Source: a virus
Reading direction: 5' to 3' (one strand)
Virus record (IMG/VR): IMGVR_UViG_3300018946_000033
Span: 5,717-69,716 of that record
DNA length: 64,000 bases
Part shown: positions 28,275 to 38,270 of the stretch, one piece after another
Position numbering within the stretch: position 1 is the stretch's first letter
Layout of the letters: each line of letters begins with the position of its first letter
Translations under genes and position numbers: made by a program
The notes under the pieces: model-generated
Databases searched by the model: none
Told to the model about the DNA's origin: nothing
Seen by the model: only the letters and a program-made list of their open reading frames with translations

Positions 28275-28742
28275 CTACAGCAGGTGGTCGCCGTACGTGA
28301 CCGCCGGGGGGAATGACCACACCGGCATGGGCTGCCCGGTGGCGTCGCCGCTATCCGGCACGCCGGGAACGGCGGGGTCGTCGCGGGTGATGGCGACGTT
28401 GGCGCGGTACAGGTCTTCGCGGGCGTCGTATGCCAGTTTGAGTAGCGTCGCCGCCGAGTTCAGGTCGTCGGCCCGGTCCGGGTAGGACTGCTCGATCATG
28501 CCCGCGGTGCGGAGCGCGGCGCACTGGGTGGCGAAGGTGTGCAGCGACGGGTCGACTGTGCCGACCCGCACCGTAACCCACGCCTCGGATTCCTCGATGA
28601 GCCGGCCGACCTGCGTCGCCGTTGGCCGCGTGGTCGTGTCGAACGTGTTGAGCGCATCGCCGGAACCGTCTGCGGCGCCGACGATGGTCCGCACCGGTAC
28701 GTAGTCGGCGACCTGCGGAAGCGTCGGGGCCCAGACCGTCAT
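28275..28742 (-). CDS. Head-to-tail adaptor
   Basis: TTRPTATQVGRLIE; synteny. Confidence 0.7.
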   Translation of the reverse strand: MTVWAPTLPQVADYVPVRTIVGAADGSGDALNTFDTTTRPTATQVGRLIEESEAWVTVRVGTVDPSLHTFATQCAALRTAGMIEQSYPDRADDLNSAATLLKLAYDAREDLYRANVAITRDDPAVPGVPDSGDATGQPMPVWSFPPAVTYGDHLL

Positions 28743-30853
28743 TTGCCGACCCGCACCTTCCACGTCGCTGACACGGGGTCGACCGCGCCGGCCGTGGAGT
28801 TGTACAGCCTGATCGTGACGGTGTTGGCGGCTGAGACACGGGCCGTGGCGATGAGTCCGGCTTCGAGGGCCGCGGGCGGGCCGAGGTCGACCAAGTCGCC
28901 GCTCGCGGCGCCGGTAGCTGTCACGGTCAGTTCGGCGTTGCCGCCGGCAGCGATCGATGGGAAGTCCAACGTCGCCGAACCGAAGATCACCCCACCACGC
29001 ACGGCCGTGGTCACGTCACCAACCGCGGTGTTGGCGGTGGCGATCACGTTGGGGCAGGAAGCGTCAGCGTCAACGAAGTGGAGCAACGTCGTCTCGGTGC
29101 TGTTGTTCCCAACGATCGACCAGTTCGCGCCCTGGCTTGTGGTGAAGGGGTCGCGGATGCGGATGTTCGAGTACGTGGCTGCGGTCAGCCCGGTGTGTAC
29201 GCCGAACACGTTGCCGGCCACAACCCAGTTCTTCGCCCCGTCGGCGATGATGTCGTGGTAGTTGCCGGTGCGGATGAACGTGTTCCCGGTTATCGTGCCA
29301 CCGTCGGCGCTGCCACCGGCGCCGATCTGGATGGCCCCCAACGGGCTGCGGTCAAAGTTGTTGCCGTGAATCATGGTCGAGTTGACGTTGAGCATCTTGA
29401 TCACCGGCAATGTGGCGTTGGTGCTGTAGAACGTATTGCCGACGATCTTGATGCCCACCGTTGCGCCGGTTGACTGCTGGTCGATCCAGTTCAGGGGGCT
29501 TCCGGACAGCTGCTCGGCAAAATGACAGCCGATGACGCTGAGGTAGCCGCAGTCATCGCGGAGCAGCAGGCCCCGCGCAGCGTTGGCGAACGTGCAGTTC
29601 TGGAACGTGTTGTAGTTCGACACGCCGGTGAGGCTTGCGCCGGTGCTGAACGAGGATCCGAAGGTGCAGTTGGTGAAGCGCACCAACTCGGCGTTGTGCA
29701 GCGCCACGCCGGTGGCTGGGTTCGCGTTTGGGGCGAAGAACACGCCCTCGATGTCGACGTAGGTCAGGGACACGATCGAGTTCGTGATGTTCATGATCGT
29801 GTTGCCGACCGCGACGGTCCGGAGCGTCGCGCCGGGCCCGCTGATGCTCAACGGCGGGGTGCTCGTCGCGCCGCCACCGTTGATCTGGATGGTGCCGGCG
29901 ATGTTGTACACCCGTGGCGGGACCAGGATGGAGCCGCGCGTCGTTGGCCACCCGGTGGCCGTGAGTGCCGCCTGGAACGCCGCCGTGTCGTCGGTGGTGC
30001 CGTTGCCGACCGCGCCGTAGTCCAGAACGTTGTGGACCTCGGAGCCCTTCGTGACCTTCAACGCGATCGCGGTCGCCTGCGCCGTGGACACCGGCTTGTT
30101 GGCGTCGCTGGTGTTGGTGACGTTGCCCAAGCCCACCATGGTCGACGTGACGCCCGAGACCGTGCCCGTGAACGTCGGGCTGACGATCGGTGCCTTGAGG
30201 TCCAGCGCCGCCTGCGCGGCGGTCGAAATCGGCTTCGCGGCGTCGGACGTGTTGTTAGCGTTGCCCAAGCCGACGTCGACCGGGTCTAGGCTGACCGTGC
30301 CGACCTTCCCCGCCACCGAGGTAACGACCACGCCGGGCGTGGGGAGCTCCCGCCAGTTCGCCAGCAGCGTGGCGTCCGCCGCGGTCAGGAACCATGCAGT
30401 GCCGGTGTCGGCGCGGATCGTCCAGTTGCCCGGCACACCGACGAGCGCCAACATCGTCGGCTCATCCGCAACCCCGCCGAGAAACGAGCTCAGCTGCAGG
30501 TCTTCATCCTCGAGCAGCGCGGCGAGCGTCGCCTCCATCACGTCGAGACGGTGGTCCCGATCGGCGCGGACCTCCGACACCGGACCGCCGGCAACCTGCA
30601 CGTACAGGGTGTCCACGCCATCCGGTCCCCAAAACGGCGGGATCTGGGAGTACGAGTTCACCGTGAGCGTCGAGTTTGGGATCGCCCCACCGGGCGTGAG
30701 TGGCGTCGCACCGACGTACTCGGCGAGATCTGCCACAGCCAAAGCCTGGGAGTCTGTGTAGAACACCGCAGGCGCACCCGCGGCCGACGCGAACGTAGAA
30801 CTGACCGTCCATACCGTCATTTCGACGAGGTCGGAGAACAGGTAGCGCGCCAC
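28739..30853 (-). CDS. Fiber/spike with pectate-lyase-like beta-helix
   Basis: VGLGNxxNTSDAxKP repeats; NVLDYGAVGNGTTDDTAAFQ; Asn-ladder repeats. Confidence 0.85.
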   Translation of the reverse strand: MARYLFSDLVEMTVWTVSSTFASAAGAPAVFYTDSQALAVADLAEYVGATPLTPGGAIPNSTLTVNSYSQIPPFWGPDGVDTLYVQVAGGPVSEVRADRDHRLDVMEATLAALLEDEDLQLSSFLGGVADEPTMLALVGVPGNWTIRADTGTAWFLTAADATLLANWRELPTPGVVVTSVAGKVGTVSLDPVDVGLGNANNTSDAAKPISTAAQAALDLKAPIVSPTFTGTVSGVTSTMVGLGNVTNTSDANKPVSTAQATAIALKVTKGSEVHNVLDYGAVGNGTTDDTAAFQAALTATGWPTTRGSILVPPRVYNIAGTIQINGGGATSTPPLSISGPGATLRTVAVGNTIMNITNSIVSLTYVDIEGVFFAPNANPATGVALHNAELVRFTNCTFGSSFSTGASLTGVSNYNTFQNCTFANAARGLLLRDDCGYLSVIGCHFAEQLSGSPLNWIDQQSTGATVGIKIVGNTFYSTNATLPVIKMLNVNSTMIHGNNFDRSPLGAIQIGAGGSADGGTITGNTFIRTGNYHDIIADGAKNWVVAGNVFGVHTGLTAATYSNIRIRDPFTTSQGANWSIVGNNSTETTLLHFVDADASCPNVIATANTAVGDVTTAVRGGVIFGSATLDFPSIAAGGNAELTVTATGAASGDLVDLGPPAALEAGLIATARVSAANTVTIRLYNSTAGAVDPVSATWKVRVGK

Positions 30854-30918
30854 AGCCGCCCCCCGCCGCTTGGTCTGGGCACAACAGGAACCGCGTGGCG
30901 GGAACAGCCAAGGCGGGC

Positions 30919-31929
30919 TTAGAAGTAGGTGACGACCAAGCAGAGGCCCGGCCCTCCGGCACCACCGGCGCCGGAGCTGTTGCCGTTCAGGGCTGCACCG
31001 CCACCACCGCCGCCAGCGCCGTACGTCCCGCCGAGCCCGCCGGTCTGTGCGTCCGTCAGGATCGACGCTGCGCCGCCCCCGCCGCCAGCACCCGGCAACC
31101 CGGACCCGACCGGCTGGGTGTTGCCGGCGCCCGGCGAGGCGCCACCGACAACACCACCTGACGCGACCAAGGTGCTGGTACTCGCCGACGTGCCGCCGTT
31201 GCCGCCGTTCGCTGGGATGTCGGCCGAGCTGATGCCGCCGCCGGCACCGCCAGCAGACGCGCCGAACACGCTCGTCGCCGAAGCGCCGGCACCGCCGCTG
31301 GCGGACGCGGCACCGCCGGCACCGCCGACGCCAGCGTTGCCGTTGCCGTTGCTTCCCGCCGTTCCGGCCGCCGCAGTTCCGCCGCCGCCGCCGGTGGCGT
31401 TCAGCGACACCAGGTGCGTGCCGAACGACGTGACGCCGCCGGTCGTGCCCGCATTGCCGCTTGTGTCGTTGGTCGTCACGGCCGCGCCGCCGACACCTGC
31501 GGCGCCAACGGCAACGGCAACCGTCGCGCCAAGGTTCGACGCTGCCAAGACGGCCCGGGTAACGCCGCCACCGCCACCGCCACCGCCACCACAGCGGACT
31601 GTGCCTGCCGCGCCGCGACGGCCAGAACCACCGCCACCGCCTGAACCGATCGTCGTCACCGTCACCGTGACGGCGCCGACTGGCTTCGTCCACGTCCCGG
31701 CAGCGGTGAAAATCTGCACGTCGGGGGAACGTGGAGCCCATCGGACGCCGTCAGACTGCGTCGAGTCCGCCACAAGGGCATACCCGTTTGCGCCGACTGC
31801 GCGGCGAGCCACCGTGTTGTCTGCCGTGCCCACTATGAGGTCGCCCTTGGCGTCGACTACGTTCGGCGACAGGACCGTGCCGGCAGTGGTGCCAGCCGGC
31901 TGGCCCAGGAACGTGAACTCGTCGGTCAT
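30919..31929 (-). CDS. Glycine-rich fiber protein
   Basis: AKGDLIVGTADNT, QIFTAAGTWTKP, GGGGG runs, ends LVVTYF. Confidence 0.85.
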   Translation of the reverse strand: MTDEFTFLGQPAGTTAGTVLSPNVVDAKGDLIVGTADNTVARRAVGANGYALVADSTQSDGVRWAPRSPDVQIFTAAGTWTKPVGAVTVTVTTIGSGGGGGSGRRGAAGTVRCGGGGGGGGGVTRAVLAASNLGATVAVAVGAAGVGGAAVTTNDTSGNAGTTGGVTSFGTHLVSLNATGGGGGTAAAGTAGSNGNGNAGVGGAGGAASASGGAGASATSVFGASAGGAGGGISSADIPANGGNGGTSASTSTLVASGGVVGGASPGAGNTQPVGSGLPGAGGGGGAASILTDAQTGGLGGTYGAGGGGGGAALNGNSSGAGGAGGPGLCLVVTYF

Positions 31930-32210
31930 AGCCCACTCACCGAAATGGTTGGGGTGCCAGCGGACCGGACCCGCACCTTCGAGACGGTCCCACTCGTGCG
32001 GTCGGCGACCACGCGGGAACACAGCACCGCTGGTAGGGCCTCGTTGCCGTCCATCGAACCGGCCACGGGCCCAATCGCCGCGTCGGCCGCGTTGAAGTAG
32101 ATGATTGCGGGGTTGGCCAGCACAGTAATGCGGACCTGCCCGTAGTTCTGGTCAAGCGTGAACACCTTCTCGGTGTCCGCGACCAGCGTGAAGTGCTGGG
32201 GGTTCGCCAC
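31926..32210 (-). CDS. Small beta-rich virion protein
   Basis: Coupled to fiber gene; beta-strand pattern. Confidence 0.65.
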   Translation of the reverse strand: MANPQHFTLVADTEKVFTLDQNYGQVRITVLANPAIIYFNAADAAIGPVAGSMDGNEALPAVLCSRVVADRTSGTVSKVRVRSAGTPTISVSGL

Positions 32211-32309
32211 AGCGGGTGCGCCCCTTCCATGTCAGAGCGGCGGGGGGAGGGGTGGAGTGGCTGAGGCGCCCCGAGGCCAGCGGCCGTCGAGGCGCCCCGC
32301 GCCCGGTTG

Positions 32310-32771
32310 TTACTTGGTGTCCAGGAGCTTCTGAAGCTCCGCCTTGCCGGCCTTCACCGCGTCGTCGTACGAGTAGCCCCGCGCCACAGCGGCCTCAACC
32401 CACACGTCTTCGCCGTGCGTGCCCTTCGGCACCCCGCCACTCGCGGCGAGCTTCTTCTGCGCCTCGGTGCGGCGGGCGTCGAGGTCGGTGTCGACCTTGA
32501 CCGGCTCGCCAACGCCCGGTTCGGCACTGGCAACGGGCTTGCCGTCCAGCCCGGCCCGAACGTCGCCGGCCGTGACCGACCCCACCTCGTGCGTGCCAAG
32601 GGGGGCGCCACCTACGGCCGTGATCGCGTTGACCGACAGGAGGTGCTTGATCTCCGCGGGGGTGGCCGACTCCGGGACGAACGCACCCTTGTACAGCAGC
32701 TGCTTCTGTGACCCGCCGATGCCTTCGACCGTCACATGGGCGCACTGCCCGGTCACCTGGTACTTCGTCAT
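32310..32771 (-). CDS. Hypothetical head-associated protein
   Basis: Directly after capsid gene; GAGGGG RBS. Confidence 0.7.
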   Translation of the reverse strand: MTKYQVTGQCAHVTVEGIGGSQKQLLYKGAFVPESATPAEIKHLLSVNAITAVGGAPLGTHEVGSVTAGDVRAGLDGKPVASAEPGVGEPVKVDTDLDARRTEAQKKLAASGGVPKGTHGEDVWVEAAVARGYSYDDAVKAGKAELQKLLDTK

Positions 32772-32782
32772 GTTGAGTCCCC

Positions 32783-33706
32783 TCACGTGCCGGTGATGCG
32801 GACGCCGGCGGTCGGGTCCTGAATCACCGGTACGCAGATCCGGCGAGCCCACATGTCGTGGGCGTCGCGGCGGGCGATCCGCTCGACCTGGACCTGGATG
32901 CCGTTCGGGGACACCGCGTACCCGGGGTCCACCTCGACTTCGTCGGCCATCCCGCCAAGCGTCCGCGAGTCGATCAGCCACACGTCGTTTAGACCGCCGG
33001 GCAGGTTCCCGAGCGACGTCTTCGCGATCTTCAGGCCGTTGAACGACTCGATCTCGCCGCCGTACACCGGGTTGTCGGAAGCCTCGCGCCGGCGCAGCGA
33101 CGCGACCTTCTCGTCGGAGGCAAGCTCCGCGTACCGCTCGCTGGACATCAGCATCATGTCCAGCTCGTGGCCCAGCTCCAGGTCTTCGACCTGCGCCTTC
33201 GCCTTTTCCAGGTCGCGGAGCATCGTCGCGGTGGACTGGTCCCACGCCGCGGTCGCCGGGTACGTCGCCGTCACCCGCGACGCGATCGCGGCGATCGCGA
33301 CACGGTCAACCTTGCGGCGAACCGTGTTCGTGACCTTCCGCAGCGCCCAGTCCACGGATCCGTACATGGGCAGAGTCCGCTTGATGCGCTCGTCGGTAAG
33401 CCGGGTCGCTTGGCCCCACTTGACCACCGCAGCGATCGCCGCAGTGCCCGTCTGCGGGTTCGCGAAGGGGTACTCGGCACCGGCTGCGATCGCCTCGACC
33501 TCGCGGTCCGTGAACAGCGGCTCGTCCTCGGTGTAGGAAACGGCGCCGCCGGTCGCCCGGAACCGCGTCGGCAGCAACAGGTCCGCAACGAACTTGATGT
33601 CAGTGAGCTCCTTCAGCCGCCGCGACAGCGCCGCCGGGGAAAGGAGCAAAGTGTGAATAGTCTGCAGCTGTCCGGAGAGACTGGCCGGAGGCAGTGGATA
33701 GGTCAC
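32783..33706 (-). CDS. Major capsid protein
   Basis: AIAAGAEYP, VKWG, TDE motifs; synteny; GAGGTG RBS. Confidence 0.9.
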   Translation of the reverse strand: MTYPLPPASLSGQLQTIHTLLLSPAALSRRLKELTDIKFVADLLLPTRFRATGGAVSYTEDEPLFTDREVEAIAAGAEYPFANPQTGTAAIAAVVKWGQATRLTDERIKRTLPMYGSVDWALRKVTNTVRRKVDRVAIAAIASRVTATYPATAAWDQSTATMLRDLEKAKAQVEDLELGHELDMMLMSSERYAELASDEKVASLRRREASDNPVYGGEIESFNGLKIAKTSLGNLPGGLNDVWLIDSRTLGGMADEVEVDPGYAVSPNGIQVQVERIARRDAHDMWARRICVPVIQDPTAGVRITGT

Positions 33707-33823
33707 GGGCGGTACACCTCAATTCGTGGGCGCCCGAAACCGGGCACGGGAAAGGCCCCACGCACGCAGCCGGAGCGTGGGGCCAGGAAATGTGCAGAGA
33801 ACCTGAGGGCGGCACCGGAGCGC

Positions 33824-34219
33824 CTAGATCGCCATCCACTCGACGGCCGCACCGTCTGCGGCGGTCGTCAGGGCGATGCCATCGACGGCCCGGGCGTTGT
33901 TGATGTCGCCCGCTACGGCGCCTGCCGCTGCGGCAATCGTGGCGACCTTGCCGGCGTCCGCCGAGGTGATTTGGTCACCTGCGGTGATAGCGCCGGCCGC
34001 CAGGGAGATGTGAACCGCACCCCGTCCGTACATGGTGTAGTCGGCGTTCACGGCGGCGTCTGTGGCCGCGACTCCCACGTACTTGGCCTTCGTTGCTGCG
34101 GTGGCCGGGGCAGTGGTGCCCGACCCGGATACCGCCACGCGCTGGCTGCCGGTAACTGCGGCCGATGCGCGGGTGGTGATGCTGTCGCCAGGCATGTGCT
34201 TCGGCAGGTAGTCACCCAT
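33824..34219 (-). CDS. Capsid decoration/cement protein
   Basis: VGVAATDAA, AAGAITAGDQITSADAGK, GIALTTAA. Confidence 0.85.
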   Translation of the reverse strand: MGDYLPKHMPGDSITTRASAAVTGSQRVAVSGSGTTAPATAATKAKYVGVAATDAAVNADYTMYGRGAVHISLAAGAITAGDQITSADAGKVATIAAAAGAVAGDINNARAVDGIALTTAADGAAVEWMAI

Positions 34220-34221
34220 GA

Positions 34222-36102
34222 TCAGACCCCCGCACCGAAGACAGCGGCGTACAGGGCGTCGTCAGAGGTGCTGTACGAGTCGCTGACGCTTCCGGCCACG
34301 CCAGACGGGCCAACCGGGACAGCTTCGCCCGCGGACTTGGCGTTAAGGATGTCGGCGACAACGTCGGGGGCCTTGTCGTAGCGGGCCTCCCACGCGGCGC
34401 GCTCGGCCGGCGCGATCTTGCCGCTGTTCACCACCGAGTCGAACAGGGCCGCCTTCGCGGACACCCGCTTCTCCTCGCGGATCTGGGCGAGTTCGGCCGA
34501 CATCCGCTTCATCTCCGCCGCCGCTTCCGGGGGGAGTGCTGCGGCGATCGGCTCGGAACGAACGGGCTCGGTGGGCTGCGGCGCGGGCACGGGAACCGGG
34601 GTCGGCTCCGGTGCGGGAGTGGGTTCGCTGGGGCTCGGCTCGACCGGGGTGCGCTCGGCAACGGCGGCGAGGATCGCATCCTTGCCGGCGTCGTCAGGCA
34701 GGCCCAGCCCGCGAGCGATATCGCTCAGGTCGGACACGTCATCCTCCATGGGATTGGGTTCGGTGGTGATGACCGGCTCAGTGGCCGGGGAATTGGGGGC
34801 ACCCTCTGCGGGTGCCGGTGAATCGGTGGCCGGATCAGCGGCGGACTCGACTGCCACGTTGGTGGCGTCTGGCAGGCGAGGCGCTGGCGCGTTGTCGCGG
34901 CCCGCGTAGTTGAAGACGCTGAAGTCCCAAGCGTTCTTCGCCGCGAGGGCCCCTTCGGCGCTCTTCCTGACCGCCTTGTCGTCGACCTGCACGCGGTGGG
35001 CAAGACCCGCGGCCACAGCCTCTTCGGCGGAGTACCACGTCTCGGCGCGCATCGCTTCACGCCACACGGACGCTTCGCCGCCAGCGCGGGAGGCGTAGAT
35101 GTTCGCGAGGTTGTCGGACAACCGGGCAAGCTCGTCCTGCATCTTCGCCATCTCGGCTGCGTCGCCGATGCACATACCGCCGGCGTCGTGAATCATCACG
35201 GTCGCGTGGGGAGCAATGACCCGCTCGTCGCCAGCGACGGCGATGAACGAGCCCGCCGACGCGGCGAGGGCGTCGACATACGTGGTGATGTGCGCGGGGT
35301 GGTTCCGGAGAGCCTGGTAGATGGCCAGGCCGTCGAAGGCGCTGCCCCCGGGCGTGTTCAGGTGAACGTCGATGCGGTCGGCCTTGATTGCCATCAGGTC
35401 GCGGACGAAGTCCTGCGCCGAGACACCGAACCAGCCGATCTCGTCGTAGATCCATACCTCTGCCGCGCCGGTGCCGGCGAGATTCTGGATCTTGTACCAG
35501 TCGGTCTTGCCTTCGCGAAGACGTGCCATCGGTTGCGCCGTCTTCAGATGGGACTTATCCACGGGGCTCCTTCCGGAGTTGGTACGTAGGTCCACCGCTG
35601 CGCCCGAGGCAGTCAGAGGGATGTCGGTGCCGTCGTCGGCGAACACGACTCGCAGCCGGTCGAACGTGATGGGGCCGGTGCGGTCCACCAGGTCGGCGAG
35701 CTTGGCCAGGTCGTCGGTGTAGATGAGCGAGACGTGCGCAACCCACGGCGCGTGCTGCTCGGGCATGGCGTCGTCGGGGGCGGCTTCGACTACGGCGTTG
35801 TGGAAGTCGTCGACGGCTTGGCCGCCCACGCCGAGGACGATGCACGTGTCGCGCTCGTCGCTGGCCGGGTTGAACACCGACAGGGCGAAACCGTCGCCGT
35901 CCACCGTTCCAGTGCCACCGAGGGTCCGCATGGCGTCGAGCAGCGCGGACCGGGCGTCATCGTTCCAGTCGGCCGCGTCGCCGAGGAACAGCAGCGTCAG
36001 GTGCAACTCTTCGACCGGCAGACCCTCATCGACTGCGAGGCGCCCCGCGTCGGCGGCAGTAGGGATGAGGGCGACCATGCCCTTGGTCTTCGGTTCCGCC
36101 AT
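34222..36102 (-). CDS. 2H phosphoesterase - ClpP head maturation protease - scaffold fusion
   Basis: HLTL and HVSL; IYDEIG, LNTPGG, LAASAGS, MIHD, ETWYSAEEA; C-terminal coiled coil. Confidence 0.9.
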   Translation of the reverse strand: MAEPKTKGMVALIPTAADAGRLAVDEGLPVEELHLTLLFLGDAADWNDDARSALLDAMRTLGGTGTVDGDGFALSVFNPASDERDTCIVLGVGGQAVDDFHNAVVEAAPDDAMPEQHAPWVAHVSLIYTDDLAKLADLVDRTGPITFDRLRVVFADDGTDIPLTASGAAVDLRTNSGRSPVDKSHLKTAQPMARLREGKTDWYKIQNLAGTGAAEVWIYDEIGWFGVSAQDFVRDLMAIKADRIDVHLNTPGGSAFDGLAIYQALRNHPAHITTYVDALAASAGSFIAVAGDERVIAPHATVMIHDAGGMCIGDAAEMAKMQDELARLSDNLANIYASRAGGEASVWREAMRAETWYSAEEAVAAGLAHRVQVDDKAVRKSAEGALAAKNAWDFSVFNYAGRDNAPAPRLPDATNVAVESAADPATDSPAPAEGAPNSPATEPVITTEPNPMEDDVSDLSDIARGLGLPDDAGKDAILAAVAERTPVEPSPSEPTPAPEPTPVPVPAPQPTEPVRSEPIAAALPPEAAAEMKRMSAELAQIREEKRVSAKAALFDSVVNSGKIAPAERAAWEARYDKAPDVVADILNAKSAGEAVPVGPSGVAGSVSDSYSTSDDALYAAVFGAGV

Positions 36103-36112
36103 GGCGACCCCC

Positions 36113-38215
36113 TCAGTCCCAAGATCCGATAAGTTCGCCGCGACAGCGGAGGCCGCCTTCGCAGGCCTTGAACCCTGCGACGGGGTAGTCCTTGAGGGCG
36201 TCGGCGAGCGAGTCGTAGCGGCGGCCGTCAACCTCGGAACATTGATCACACCGCGCCTTGTCGTTGCGTTCCGAAGCGAGAAGGCTCGTCGGCGGTGCGA
36301 GCTCGAACACGGCCGTGCGGCCCGCGTTTTGCGCCGCGGTTAACGCCGCGCCCAGGTTGTCGACCGCCCAGCCCGATTCCGACGACGACATGTCGTCGAG
36401 CACCGCGCGGATCTGCTCCGCGAGTTCGTCCGCCGTGGCCGACCCGCCCGACACCTGCAGCGCCCTGCGCGCCGCAGCCGACGAGTACCCGTTGGCGATC
36501 ACGCCGGCCGTAGCCTCAGCGACAGTGGAGACACGCTCAGCGCCGGGCGTGTCCGGCAGGTCCACCGACACGCCAGCGGCAACGGCGACCGCGGCGGTCG
36601 CCAGGGCGGTGCTCGTCGACAGCGGCTGCATCGCAGCGCCGATAGCGGCAGCCACCCCGGCCAGCACGGCGGCGGACACCACGAGGGTGCCCAGCGCGCC
36701 CAAGTCCTCAGCATCAGCAGCCGCAACGGCCTGCTCGGTGAGATCCTCAACGACCGGCTCGGCAATGTCGGGCCACTGCTCGCGCAGCTCATCCAGGGCC
36801 GCCTGCCACTCGTCCTGCGACGAGTCCTCAGCAGCCGCGTTGAGGGGAAGTGCAAGCTGACCGGCCGTGGCGCCCTTCCTGCTCGCTCTCCGGGCGCGCA
36901 ACGCCACGGCCGGGGCATCAGGACGTCGCCGGTTCGCGGCGGCGAGAGTGCCACCGGCCACGCTCGGCGCCGGCTTCACCATGTCCTCGCGTTCCGGCAG
37001 GCGGTACTCGCGGCGAATCCACGCCTCAAGCGCAGGGTCCGCCGACAGCGCACCGGAGGAAAGGAGCTGCTGCAGCGACGTGGCGGTCACCTCGCGGCGA
37101 GAACCGACCCCGGCAACCACCACGCGGGGGACGGGGACGTCGGTGCCCCAGTTCCACTCGACGATGCGGGCCGCGATCTGCCGCGTGGCCTCAGAGGCGA
37201 TCTGCTCGCCCATCGATTCCAGGGCCAGCGTCCAGGAGTCGATGAACGCCTCGCCCAACGCGCGGGACCCGCCATTGCTGCCCTGCCCCAGCTCCAGGTG
37301 CGGCATGAGCATGGCTTTGCTTATCTGCGCGTCGAGCCACTTCAGGAACGACAGCGTGTCCGGGATCTGCCCGTCCAAGCCGAGGATGCGCATCCGGAAC
37401 CCGGGTGGAGCGGAGGCACCGGCGGTCTCGCCGCCACGCGCCGCAGACGCCATCCGCTGCGCTTCCTGCATCTGCCCATCAGTCGGCGCTGTGCCCGGCA
37501 GCGCCTCGTTGACCGGCACACCCGACGACCAGCGCCGGTTGGCGGTGGCGTGGACGCGGATCATCTCGCGCTTGATCAGCCACGGCAGCCAAGCCGCGCG
37601 CAGCAGCGAAACGCCCGCCCAGTTCGAGCCGGCCTCACGGTCGCGGCAGTGCCACACCATGTCCCGCGCGGCGATCTGCGGGGCGCCGTCCTTGCGTGCC
37701 TTGTCCTGCGTCACGCCCAGGAACGCCCCGGTGATCGGGTCGCCGTGGATCTGCGTGATGGTCTGCGGCGGGCGCTCGGCCAGCACCGCGAGGCGAGCCA
37801 ACCCCGACGACATATCCGCGCCCAGGGCAAACCCCATGTGCCCGTACCCCAGCGTCGCCGACAGAGTGACGCGGAGGTACTCGGCCCACGACACACCCCG
37901 GGTCCGGGCCGCCGTGTGAGTGTGCACGCCAACGATTGGCAGGTCCATGTCGTCCGACACCACGAGGGTGTGCGCCGGGTCGACGCCGTGCCCGTCCAAC
38001 TGCCACGACGCGCGGTGCAACTGCAACGCGTACCCCGACAGGCCGGCATTGATAGCCGAATCGCGGCGCATCGCCCCGTACGTGTGCACGCTGTTCGGGT
38101 GCACCAAGTCGACCGGGGTGTCGGCGAAGTACTCGTCGAGGAGCCCGCTGAAGTCCGAGTCGCTGACCCTGCCACCAGGTGTCGTCGGCGGCCGGAACGA
38201 GGTGGGGGCGGTCAC
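36113..38215 (-). CDS. Portal protein fused to MuF-like C-terminal domain
   Basis: GVSLLRAAW, GSRALGEAF; C-terminal CDQC...CEGGLRCRG. Confidence 0.85.
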   Translation of the reverse strand: MTAPTSFRPPTTPGGRVSDSDFSGLLDEYFADTPVDLVHPNSVHTYGAMRRDSAINAGLSGYALQLHRASWQLDGHGVDPAHTLVVSDDMDLPIVGVHTHTAARTRGVSWAEYLRVTLSATLGYGHMGFALGADMSSGLARLAVLAERPPQTITQIHGDPITGAFLGVTQDKARKDGAPQIAARDMVWHCRDREAGSNWAGVSLLRAAWLPWLIKREMIRVHATANRRWSSGVPVNEALPGTAPTDGQMQEAQRMASAARGGETAGASAPPGFRMRILGLDGQIPDTLSFLKWLDAQISKAMLMPHLELGQGSNGGSRALGEAFIDSWTLALESMGEQIASEATRQIAARIVEWNWGTDVPVPRVVVAGVGSRREVTATSLQQLLSSGALSADPALEAWIRREYRLPEREDMVKPAPSVAGGTLAAANRRRPDAPAVALRARRASRKGATAGQLALPLNAAAEDSSQDEWQAALDELREQWPDIAEPVVEDLTEQAVAAADAEDLGALGTLVVSAAVLAGVAAAIGAAMQPLSTSTALATAAVAVAAGVSVDLPDTPGAERVSTVAEATAGVIANGYSSAAARRALQVSGGSATADELAEQIRAVLDDMSSSESGWAVDNLGAALTAAQNAGRTAVFELAPPTSLLASERNDKARCDQCSEVDGRRYDSLADALKDYPVAGFKACEGGLRCRGELIGSWD

Positions 38216-38270
38216 AGCTAACACCGCCCCACACCGCTAGGTCTGCTCAACGATTCGACGGGTGGCGCGG

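Noticed and set aside
28739-31741. 1000-aa ORF as one protein
   Set aside because: The first ~296 codons are an Arg-rich off-frame read of the Gly-rich gene; real start is likely GTG 30853
30919-31929. PE-PGRS or collagen-like host gene
   Set aside because: No PE domain or Gly-X-Y period; matches phage Gly-rich fiber pattern
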